Shown here: one piece after another, positions 39,456 through 51,498 of the stretch
Layout: every line of letters starts with the position of its first letter
Position numbering within the stretch: the first letter of the stretch is position 1
Source of the DNA: Ruditapes philippinarum
Lineage: Eukaryota
DNA: 64,000 nucleotides
Reading direction: 5' to 3'
Assembly (NCBI RefSeq): GCF_026571515.1
Contig: NW_026852332.1
Location: forward strand, 310,001 to 374,000
The notes under the pieces: generated by a model
The model's database searches: none
Told to the model about the DNA's origin: nothing
Seen by the model: the letters and a program-made list of their open reading frames with translations, nothing else
Program-made: the position numbers and the translations under genes

Positions 39456-40021
39456 GCGACAGATTCTTCAAGTGCACACATTGCAAATATAATTCACCAA
39501 AAATCGGAAATATGAAGATGCATGTACGGAGACACACGGGAGAACGTCCTTTCTCGTGTGACATGTGCATCAAAACGTTCACGTGTGGGGCTACTCTCAA
39601 GCTTCATAAGAGAAGCATCCACTGTGAGGAACGTAGCGAAATCTGTGAATATTGTCACGCCTCTTTCAAAACAAGACAGAATCTCAAGACGCATCAGAAG
39701 CGTCATTTTGATATTAAGAAGCACCTTTGTCCATTTTGTGGCAAGAGAATGGCCAATAAAATGGCTATGGAAGCGCATGTGAACACGCATACAAAGTCAC
39801 AGAAGTACATGTGCGGAATATGCGACAAAATGGTTTCAAGTGACTCGGCCATGAAGCGACATATGCTATTACATACCGGTGGAAATGTTAAGTGCCATTT
39901 ATGTTCGAAAACTTTTGTTCGGAAAGAAATCTGGAGAAAACATATGATTAATGAGCATAAATATAGCGGCAATGAGGACATTTTGGGTAAAAGGCAAAAT
40001 CAAGTGCAGAAAGTAATATAG
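39456..40021 (+). CDS. Alternative terminal exon D, 6 C2H2 zinc fingers (paralogue of C)
   Basis: ttttcctttcag|GC GAC AGA TTC TTC AAG TGC; phase 1; 8 amino-acid differences from C; intact ORF. Confidence 0.92.
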
Positions 40022-43000
40022 ATGTTTGAGATTTCTTTGATGAAGCTTAAATCGCATGTGAATTGATGTTGAAATTAATTTGAGTATAAGTCTGTACTGT
40101 GTTTCATTATGTGATGGTAGAAGATAACTAATGATGCGGACAGACAATTAGACTTATCGGTTATAATATCAAAAAAAGCAGTGCTACACTTAAGGTTCAG
40201 ACTAGATTACATTTCCATGGAAACAGACTTAAGTTCATTCAATTAAGTGATGGGATTAATGAATCAATTAAAAATAAACTGTTAAACACGCTCATTTGAA
40301 TCAAAGATTCATTAAAAAAGTGGATACATTACCATATTAAAGACGTTTACTAAAGTTTTCAAATAAACAGAACTTAAACTTTGCATGGTCTTTGTAATTG
40401 TCTTGGATTTTTTTAGAATTTGTCTTCATTTTTAAGAGTTCATATTGTAATACAATAAATGGAATGTCGTCCAAAATTTAGTTTGATTGGATGGTATTTG
40501 TTGTGAATGGTGTTGATGAAATACCCTCTTAAAAATATATTGGTAATTTGTAATTGTCTGCTGAAGATAATCCATGAACAATTTTATATATTGTATCTTG
40601 TTTACTTGATATTGTTTAGGTAAATGTGTTTTGTAAAAAGTTCAAATACACAGGAAGAATTCGCTTTGTCATTTTAATGTATTGATTTTTTATTTACAGT
40701 CAAATTTGCTGTGAAAGACCAGTTTTTGAGAAAAATATTTAATGTTGGTGATAGGCCATCTGTGGCCAAATAACCATGTCCTGAAATTGTAACGTGGTCG
40801 GCGCTTCTTTAGAATGTGCTTTGGTGCTCATCTGACTTTGATGTTAACTATTGAAATTTTTTTTTGTAATATCTTTGAAGTATTGAAGATTTTGTGTATT
40901 AAAGAATCAGATTTGGTGTATTTATAGGCATTTCAGTTACACGATGTTGATGTTAATGATTTTCAAAGCTCATTTGGCACAACATATCTTTTCTTTCCTT
41001 CTTAAGTGGGCGGGTAGTTAATCAAATTTCTCAATATATCGCCCCAACTGGCACAGTAATTATTCAACAGTTGATCTGGTTGTTTTTCGGCCGTTGGCCG
41101 TCTGATTTCACCTTGACTTCCTCTAAAATTAACAGTAAAGATATGAATATAGGCAGAATTTTCTATAGCCTGACCGTTTGATACTTTAGAAGAGCTTCCG
41201 TTATAGGTAGGGGTATGTTCGATTGCACGATGGCAAGAAGTGTTGGACAGAATAAATATAAAAACACAATAATGATATTTTCTAGATGTTTTCTAACAGC
41301 TTTTCAATAAATATATGAAATCGCCTTTTTGATACTTCTGTGTTCGATTGGGTTTCTCATCTGTTCTAGTCATTATATTCTCTTCTCGAACCGGGCATAA
41401 GACGATTGAAACGAACTTTAGACTAATTTACAGTTGCAAAATTCTCCCTGGAAGTAGTGTACAGTATCTACTAAATCTTTGTTTTATTATAAATCCCTAG
41501 TCAATTCAAATTCCATTTTGATTAAAATCAAATAATGTAAGTAATATTGTTTAAATCTAAGATGACAATTAATTGGGACAAACATTGCAGGTAAAAATGA
41601 ACTGAAATAGAACTATTGAAGACGAATAAAATCTTCTGTTTGCGGTTAGCATGGTTAGTAGTAGCTTATCCTATGCAAGTTAACAAGTTTGACTTCGGCC
41701 GAGTATCTTTTTAAAGATACTTCTTGTTAAAACATTGTTTTAAAATATGTACAATATTTTGTAGGCACAGGCTGCCTCTTCTTCTTACACAATAACATCC
41801 TCAAGAAAAGGGGTAATACAGAATCGCTTTCTGATATTTAAGTGTAAGAGGCATCCGACCTTATTCTTAGTCATACCGAATGTCTATGCAATATGCTAAG
41901 CGAATTTGTACTAGCCTCTTAATATATGGGAGCAGTGGCAAATAAAATGAAACATTCGAAAAGCTTGATTTTACGTAATTATAGATCTTTCATTTTGTAA
42001 CTGGTATAATTTATAGGACAATATTATCCTATTAAGCGCCAGAGCAAGAAAAGAGGGAAACAATATCGCGGAACAATGTCAACATTTTTTTTTGTAGTAA
42101 GTCGTCAATATTTAAGGTCATTATGGTCATTTGTATATGTTGTAAAAGTTTATTTCAATAGCAGATCTTGGGTCTGTACTGGATGAATGGGTAGATTCTG
42201 TAGCTGCCAGCAGGCAAATAACATGAACATCGGTTTATGTTCCTGAAGATAATATTTCAATACTTAAGATAATATATGTGGGTTTAGCTAACCCAGTATA
42301 GGTGCAAAGCCTTCAAGATTTTAGAGGAAACCAAGAGTATCTTGAAATTATAGACGAAGCTTTATATAGAAATATTTCATTTCTCAATGGAAAGTTTGCA
42401 TGTCAAAAGAGCGTCCAGTCAGATGACATTTTCATTTAATAACTAATATAAGGGTGCCAGTTTTACTTGAACAGGAATTTGTCACTTACAATTTAGTTCA
42501 TTTACATAATATTATCCTTATTTGAAACTCAATACTGATAGCCATGGGATTATATTTTAGATATATGGTATGTAGATTTGCTTAATAGTCGACTATTAAA
42601 ATTGCATAACTTCCCCTTGGTTTAAAGAATGTCTCAGCCTTCAGGTCACTTCTTTTATTGACTTGTATTGGAATATCACCTTAAGAATTGTCACCACTGG
42701 TATTATTATTGTAATGTGGACCTTTGTAATTTACAAAAGCTCAGAATCCTTGTCTGTGTACTTTTGCATTCTCGAAGATAAGGCCTTTAAATACCATTTC
42801 AGTGTCTATTCTAGGATTTGATAAATAGGGGGGCTTTTTATCGAGAAATGAGAATGTTTTACATTTGTTGATATTTTTACTTCTTTCTCTATGTAAAATT
42901 TCCCCCCTGCCTCTGAAAAAATAGGGGGGGGGGGGGATTCTAAAAAAAATGAGTGAATCCCCCATCCCTCCTAGAATAGACACCAGTGACATTTATGTCA

Positions 43001-43548
43001 CATAGTTTTATGTGTGGAAAAATAACCTTTTACATAAGATAATGTTGAACCTCACTCACTTCAATTATTAACAATCTTCTGATTATAGATAAGGTATGGA
43101 CTAACGGTTTAACTTTAATTTGACTAGAAGTGAGGAATGGTCCTCTAGAAGGCTTGTTGAAACTATGGGCAGTCAGTAATTTTGTATGCTGGTCCTACTG
43201 ATTGACGTGATTGAATAATATCAACTAAATTATAAATGATCTTCATCATAGAAAGATCATAGAAAATATGACCTTTTTGTAATTGTGCTCAGGTGAGAAA
43301 TATATAAGACTGATTATAGTTCTTGTATGACAGTTATTTAACCCTAAAAATCCAAAGAAAATTATGTACGATTGAATGAAGTTGAAGTTTCTGCATAATA
43401 TCTATGGAAAAAAAACACACACACAAAAACTTATTAAAATGAACTAGACAACTGAATTTGAGCAAATATTTCCCTGTTTTAACGGATGTCCTTGATTTTT
43501 TACGCACATCTTTTATTCAGGTCCATCTTAAAATTATTTTCCTTTCAG

Positions 43549-44114
43549 GCGACAGATTCTTCAAGTGCACACATTGCAAATATAATTCACCAAAAATCGG
43601 AAATATGAAGATGCATGTACGGAGACACACGGGAGAACGTCCTTTCTCGTGTGACATGTGCATCAAAGCGTTCACGTGTCGGGCCACTCTAAAGCTTCAT
43701 AAGAGAAGCATCCACTGTGAGGCACGTAGCGAAATCTGTGAATATTGTCACGCCTCTTTCAAAACAAGACAGAATCTCAAGACGCATCAGAAGCGTCATT
43801 TTGATATTAAGAAGCACCTTTGTCCATTTTGTGGCAAGAGAATGGCCAATAAAATGGCTATGAAAGCGCATGTGAACACACATACAAAGTCACAAAAGTA
43901 CATGTGCGGAATATGCGACAAAATGGTTTCAAGTGACTCGGCCATGAAGCGACATATGCTATTACATACCGGTGGAAATGTTAAGTGCCATTTATGTTCG
44001 AAAACTTTTGTTCGGAAAGAAATCTGGAGAAAACATATGATTAATGAGCATAAATATAGCGGCAATGAGGACATTTTGGGAAAAAGGCAAAATCAAGTGC
44101 AGAAAGTAATATAG
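43549..44114 (+). CDS. Alternative terminal exon E, 6 C2H2 zinc fingers (paralogue of C/D)
   Basis: ttttcctttcag|GC GAC AGA TTC; phase 1; 4 amino-acid differences from D; intact ORF. Confidence 0.92.
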
Positions 44115-44767
44115 ATGTTTGAGATTTCTTTGATGAATCTTAAATCGCATGTGAATTGATGTTGAAATTAATTTGAGTATAAGTCTGTACTGTGTTTCAT
44201 AATGTGATGGTAGAAGATAACTAATGATGCGGAAAGACAATTAGACTTATCGGTTATAATATCAAAAAAAAAAAAGTGCTACACTTAAGGTTCAGAAGAC
44301 TAGATTACATTTCCATGGAAAAAGACTTAAGTTCATTCAATTAAGTGATGGGATTAATAAATCAATTAAAAAATAAACTGTTAAACACGCTCATTTTAAT
44401 CAAAGATTCATTAAAAAGTGGATACATTACCATATTAAAGACGTTTACTAAAGTTTTCAAATAAGCAGAACGAAAACTTTGCATGGTCTTTGTAATTGTC
44501 TTGGATTTTTTTAGAATTTGTCTTCATTTTTAAGATTTCATATTGTAAAACAATAAATGGAATGTCGTCCAAGATTTAGTTTGATTGGATAGTATTTGTT
44601 GTGAATGGTGTTGATGAAATACCCTCTTGAAAATATATTGGTAATTTGTAATTGTCTGCTGAAGATATTCCATGAACAATTTTATATATTCTATTTTGTT
44701 TACTTGATATTGTTTAGGTAAATGTGTTTTGTAAAAAGTTCAAATACACAGGAAGCATTCGCTTTGT

Positions 44768-46045
44768 TATGCCCCCGCCATGTAATGGCCGGGGCATATA
44801 GTGTTACCCTGTTCCGTCCTTCCGTCATTCCGTCCTTCCGTCATTCCGTCATTCTGTCATTCCGTCATCATCAGTTTCCGTTCATTATCTTAGTAACGGT
44901 TGCATATATTCAACTCAAACTTGACATATGGATATGTCATTAGAAAATACAGGTCAAGTTCGAATTTGGTCATGTTTCGATGATTTTTTGGCAGAGTTAT
45001 GCCCCTTTTACTTTGAAAATAATATGAAATTTTCAGTTTCCGTTCATTATCTCCCCAACGGTACAACACATTCAACTCAAATTTGACATATGGATATGTC
45101 ATGAGAAAATACAGGTCAAGTTCGAATTTGGTCATGGTTCGATGATTTTTGGCAGAGTTATGCCCCTTTTACTTTGAAAATAATATGAAATTTTCAGTTT
45201 CCGTTCATTATCACCCCAACGGTATAACACATTCAACTCAAATTTGACATTAAATATGTCTTGAGAAAATACAGGTCAAATTTGAATTTGGTCATGGTTC
45301 GATGATTTTTGGCAGAGTTATGCCCCTTTTACTTTGAAAATAATATGAAATTTTCAGTTTCCGTTCATTATCTCCCCAACGGTACAACACATTCAACTCA
45401 AATTTGACATATGGATATGTCATGAGAAAATACAGGTCATGTTTGAATTTGGTCATGGTTCGATGATTTTTTGGCAGAGAAATGCCCTTTTCGCTTTGAA
45501 AATGATATGAAATTTACAGTTTCTGTTCATTGTCTACCCAACAGTGTTACATATTCAACTCAAATTTGACATATGGATATGTCAAAGGAATGGGCAGGTC
45601 AAGTTGGAATTTGGTCATGGTTCGATGATTTTTTGGCAGAGTTATGTCCCTTTCACTTTGAAAATAATATAGATACATCTTCGGAATAAGCAGTTTAAGT
45701 TTGAATTTGGTCGTGGTTCAATGATTTTGGACAAACTTATCTTTCTTGAATATTGGAAAAATTTTGAACTTTCAGTTTCAGCACTCATACTTTTGTTGAA
45801 ATGTATGTAGCCATTATTTTGGCTACAAATATGAAATATGCTATTTTCAAAAGGTTAAGACTGAATAATTTCAGTGCCTTGAACATTGTATGAAAATGGT
45901 TTGTGTTAACATTGAAAAGTTTTAAGGGCTTTGAACTTAAAATGAAAACAATAATTTGTGCAAACAAATTTGGAACTAAATATTATAACATCTGAAATTT
46001 TGGCTGCATGTGGGGGCATCCGTGGCATGATGACACATTTCTAGT
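44768..46045 (+). mobile_element. HINE-like element inserted at TT downstream of exon E
   Basis: Absent from the paralogous sites in units 1 and 2 (gctttgttgtttt). tatgcccc…ggggcat subTIRs, ccgt microsatellite, ~155-160 bp array, ctagt end. Confidence 0.92.
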
Positions 46046-47521
46046 TGTTTTAATGTATTGATTTTTTATTTACAGTCAAATTTGCTGTGAAAGACCAGTT
46101 TTTGAGAAAAATATTAAATGTTGGTGATAGGCCATCTGTGGCCAAATAACCATGTCCTGAAATTGTAACGTGGTCGGTGCTTCTTTAGAATGTGCTTTGG
46201 TGCTCATCTGACTTTGATGTTAACTATTGAAAAAACTTTTTTGTAATATCTTTGAAGTATTGAAGATTTTGTGTATTAAAGAATCAGATTTGGTGTATTT
46301 ATAGGCATTTCAGTTACACGATGTTGATGTTAATTATTTTCAAAGCTCATTTGGCACAACATATCTTTTCTTTCCTTCTTAAGTGGGCGGGTAGTTAATC
46401 AAATTTCTCAATATATCGCCTTAACTGGCACAGTAATTATTCAACAGTTGATCTGGTTGTTTTTCGGCCGTAGGCCGTCTGATTTCACTTTGACTTCCTC
46501 TAAAATTAACAGTAAAGATATGAATATAGGCAGAATTTTCTATAGCCTGACCGATTGATACTTTAGAAGAGCTTCCGTTAAAGGTAGAGGTATGTTCAAT
46601 TGCGCGATGGCAAGAAGTGTTGGACAGAATAAATATGAAAACACAATAATGATATTTTCTAGATGTTTTCTAACAGCTTTTCAATAAATATATGAAATCG
46701 CCTTTTGATACTTCTGTGTTCGATTGGGTTTCCCATCTAAGCTGTTCTAGTCCTTATATTCTCTTCTCGAACCGGGCATAAGACTTTAGACTAATTTACA
46801 GTTGCAAATTCTCCGTGGAAGTAGTGTACAGTATCTACTAAATCTTTGTTTTATTATAAATTCCTAGTCAATTCAAATTCCATTTTGATTAAAATCAAAT
46901 AATGTAAGTAATATTGTTTACATCTAAGATGACAATTAATTGGTAAAAACATTGCAAGTAAAAATGAACTGAAATAAAACTATTGAGGACGAATAAAATC
47001 TTCTGTTTGCGGTTAGCATGGTTAGTAGTAGCTTATCCTATGCAAGTTAACAAGCTTGACCTCGGCCGAGTATCTTTTTAAAGATACTTCTTGTTAAAAC
47101 ATTGTTTTAAAATATGTACAATATTTTGTAGGCACAGGCTGCCTCTTCTTCTCACACAATAACATCCTCAAGAAAAGGGGTAATACATTTTAAAAAGATT
47201 GCTTTCTGATAATTAAGTGTAAGAAGCATCCGAGCTTATTCTTAGTCATACCGAATGTCTATGCAATACGCTAAGCGAATTTGTACTAGCCTCTTAATAT
47301 AAGGGAGCAGTGGCAAATAAAATGAAATTTTCGAAAATCTTGATTTTGCGTAATTATAGATCTTTAAGTTTGTAACAAGTATAATTTATTAAACAATTTT
47401 GTCCTATTAAGTGTCAGAGAAAGAAAAGAGGGAAACAATATTGCGGACCAAGTAAACATTTTTTGTGGTAAGTCGTCAATGTTTAAGGTCATTATGGTCA
47501 TTTGTATATGTTGTAAAAGTT

Positions 47522-47834
47522 TTTATCACACACCCGTGCCGATTTTGCGACTCCGTAAATATGGTATTGCACGGCCTTGCATATATTTTGACGTGACGTC
47601 ATTAGCGTTATACACGCGCTAAATGTTAGCGTTTTACTATAGGCGCGTCAATGAAATATGACTCTTATTTCACTTTAAACGGTCTTTATTTTGGGTATTG
47701 AAAATAATATAATCAGTAGTTCATACAATTTATTGCACTCGTGATAAAAAATATGCTCGCATGCTAATATATATTTTATTCAACTCGTGCAATAAATTCA
47801 GTATGGAACTTACACTCATTCAATATCCTCTATA
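47522..47834. mobile_element. ~310 bp non-autonomous element without TIRs or clear TSD (possibly Crypton-like)
   Basis: Defined by empty sites in units 1 and 2 (aaagttta|tt..aatagc); ends tttatcacac … aatatcctctat; internal inverted repeat tttattgcac/gtgcaataaa. Confidence 0.7.
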
Positions 47835-47979
47835 TTTTAATAGCAGAAGATAAGAAAAGTTTATTTGGCCGCAGTCTTTATTTTGGTTTGTAAATATATC
47901 TTTGATGATCTTTGATATTCACCTTTGTCGTTATAAACCAAGCACCTGGTTGATCTAGTTGTTGTTTATTTCACTGCAG

Positions 47980-48533
47980 GAGAGAGAATTTTCAAATGCA
48001 GATTTTGTGCAAGAGTGACGAAACGTGCCAGCGATATCAAACGCCATATAAGAACGCACACAGGCGAACGACCTTATGCGTGTGAAAAGTGCAATAACCA
48101 GTTTGCTAGTCTTTCTAACCTTATTGCCCATAAGGAAACTCATTCCAAGGAACGTTTATACATATGCGATATTTGCGGACTCAGTTTCCGGACAAAGAAG
48201 ACTATGAAATCCCACTATAGGCGTCATGTGCAACCTAGGAAATTTCCGTGCATGCATTGCAGTTTTTGTGCCACTTCAAACAGCGCTCTCACGAACCATA
48301 TGAATTTTCATACTGACAGAAAAAGTCAAACTTATGTCATCTGTCATCCCAAATTCCACTGTAAATTATGCTCTTATTCACATATGCAGGAGGAATACTT
48401 GAGGCATCATCAGATACAATGTCATGGTTTTACTGGAAATGAACAAATAATTGCAAAGAAGAATATCAAGGTGCAAATTCGTTACAAAGTTAACAATTCT
48501 TCGTCTGTCTCGGATAATTTCGGCCAGCAGTAG
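47980..48533 (+). CDS. Alternative terminal exon F, 5 C2H2 zinc fingers (fifth-position finger collapsed)
   Basis: tttatttcactgcag|GA GAG AGA ATT TTC AAA TGC; phase 1; TGERP linker; ends TAG. Confidence 0.9.
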
Positions 48534-50004
48534 TTGAATTCATTTGCGAGTGACTGGTTAATGCGGGCTTTTCGAGTTCACTAATTGTTTTGAAACTTTT
48601 GAAACAAACTTGAGTTGGATGAGTAAGAAACCACAACTCAAATTGTTCTGTTGTTGATCATCCGTAGACTCCTCTTTTTTAACATTTGTATAGAAATGTG
48701 AACTACTTGGACCTTTTCTTTGCATAATTCCATAGTTGTTACAAATTAAATTTCAGTGTGAAAAAATATTTTACGGACATTTGTTTTTGCCTTGTGAGAC
48801 TATAACTGTCGTGGTCTTTTTCTGTCCTCTTTTGTAAGCATGTTGCCTTTACATTTTTTTCATTATTTGCAGATACTTAATAATATAACACTTATTAACT
48901 ATGTGTTGTTTTTTTTCAAGCTCTTGTCACTTGCTACGAAGGACCGAGTTTTAGGCATAAATACCAAAATACAAAGATTGAACTTTACACAGTGCGTAGG
49001 CTGGTCTGAGTTAACAATGGAATTTTTCTTGGGTATACGCTATACCTCGTGCAAAGTAGTTTAAAGCTCACTTTAAGCACGCTTTGTGACGTTCTACTTG
49101 ATAATTATAAGTTAATATGCAATTATAACTACTTGTAAAATATCGTGTATAACACTCTTATACATGTATTAAAACGGGATAATGTTGCTTCACATCCCAT
49201 GATGTGTTAATTTTTTTTTTACAGTTTGGTTTAAGTCTGTTGTCATTTGTTTCAATTTAAACATGATTAAATTTACTATGTGCATGACGTTTTACTTTCT
49301 TTTATAGAACACATTCACCTTGTATGTTTATAATAAATGAAAAATACGATGACTTTTTGTTAACTTGTCAGGAAAATCAACACGATCAGTTCAAAATGTT
49401 GTATTTGGAAGTGTTTCGAATAAATTTATGTAATAAAGGCATGAGCAAGTAAGTTATGTATACCTAGTGTTTTTATTTAGCCTTTAAAAAGTATTACATG
49501 TATAAGTGAAAATGTCATCCCTAAAAAGTCATAATAGTCGGTAATGACCAAAATACATCCATTCGGGTATCATTTTCCAAGTTTCCTAGAAAGAAATCCT
49601 GTTATTCGATGCAACCTCTGCAAAGATGCCCTGTGTAGAACAATTACCTTTTTTATTCCTCCTGAAGTTAAGACTGCATGAAATTTAACCTGTCCAGACA
49701 AAACCTCTTAGCAGTGTTTTTTCTCTCTCTTAATGAAGATGCCTAAGCACCTTGATTTTGGGAAGAATAACTGCTCAGTTAGGAAGCTTAAAGCAGGTGT
49801 CCAGATTTTTGGAAACATGATTTTAAAGAAAATTTCAAATGGAAAGACGCCTTTTAAAGGCATCTGGTGAATCAGGTAAAAAAAAATCGCTACCTAGCCA
49901 AAACAAAAATCCTTAGTCTCCCAGGTGTTCTGCAACGGTTGAATTTTTTGTATGTTCAAATGTACAGTGAAATTTCAGTCATCTTATTTTTCAAGGTAGT
50001 CATT

Positions 50005-50230
50005 GGGCGTCCGTGCCCGAGACAGAGTGGATAAGGTGTTTGACTTTAAAACCATTTGTCCCTCGCTAAGGGTTCGAATCCCGACATGAACTTTTGATTC
50101 TTGTATCGCGTGTCGGTTCGTGCCCGAAATATTGCACGGAATGGCATCTGAGGTCTTTCTCCACCAGTAAAACTGGAACGTCGTCATTTGACCTATACTG
50201 TGTTGGTGTGAGGTTAAACCCAATCAGTCA
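50005..50230 (+). mobile_element. tRNA-derived SINE
   Basis: GGGCGTCCGTG…AGTGGATAAGG, GGTTCGAATCCC B-box, ctccaccagtaaaactgg body. Confidence 0.8.
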
Positions 50231-51498
50231 ATCATATTAAGGCGAACATCTATACGATATATGCATGCTTAATTCCTATCCAAATCTGGTGGATCAGATC
50301 AAAAAGAAGTATAATTATTCGTTGTGTCGCCAAATTTTAATTTTTCAAAACTGATCATCATAAAAGACCTCATGTGCGTCATATTACAAAACGTACCTTA
50401 AAGAATAATTTTCATAGAAAATAGGAGCTTGTTAGATTTAAGCTTGTATGATCAAAGCATAATACTGACTGAGTCTTCTAGATTATAGTTGGTGGTGATT
50501 GTCATAACTCTAGCATTGATTTCCACTATTATTTTGTGAATTTATAAATTTTCCAGTAAGACCTTTTCTTGCAAGGTCAATATCCACATCTATGGCAGAA
50601 ATTTAAATGTAACGCGTCTTTTGGATTATAATTGAGGGTAAATGTCCAAGACTCGGAACTTTGGGTAGAATTAAACTATTATCTGAGTCTTTATAGTGAT
50701 TGAGAATTAAGTTTTAAGTGACTGGTTGTGCTACGTAACGCTAGGCAAATCATTGTTCGGACCTCTTTCTTTAAAATAATTTCAACATTGACATGATTCT
50801 CTGCAGAAACCATGACATTCTTGTTTACAAATAGAATGAAGTTTACTATATACATGTATATTAGTTTGATATGTAATAAAGCGATACTTATTTTGTCACC
50901 CCAGATGTTTTGAAAATGTTTTTGCAAACTTCTGATAGCCACACTAGCTTTTTGAATTGTCAAGCATGAAGGAGATAGAATGTTAATATGACTGACTTCT
51001 TATCTAAAATGAAGACAAATCCCCCCTTAACCATCTAGTCATTGACGTCCTGTAAAATTTTCTTAGTTGAAATATTGTTTATTGCATTAAATACATGTAC
51101 ATGTTTACAAACATATACAAATGATGAGTATATATCAAAAGGCAACAAGTTCTTACAACATGAGATTAAGATAAAATTTTCTTGAGAGTACACCTTACAA
51201 AAGCAGATCAAAGCATACACAGAGAAGATCCTAAATACTAGGACCAACACAATGATAATTAAGAAGCTGTATATGATATTTTTATGTAACACAAAAAAGT
51301 GACATGACATATTTCATAAAATTTCAGTTGTAGAAACTTTTTTGAACTATTCCTGAACCATCTAAATACTATGAAGTTATAAAAGTCTACATGAAATGTT
51401 TTGTTGGGACTGCATACACATTTGCTTTCCAGTTAATTTGCTTGTCAATTAAATGGACAATGCCAAATTCCTACCAATCTTTTTCTCTCCATTTACAG

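Larger units (their letters stand above)
33951..47847 (+). repeat. Tandem segmental triplication, ~4.1 kb unit, each unit carrying one zinc-finger exon (C, D, E)
   Basis: Units start with gatcttgggtctg at ~33951, ~38062 and ~42164 and are colinear and highly similar throughout. The third copy is lengthened by two TE insertions. Confidence 0.95.
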
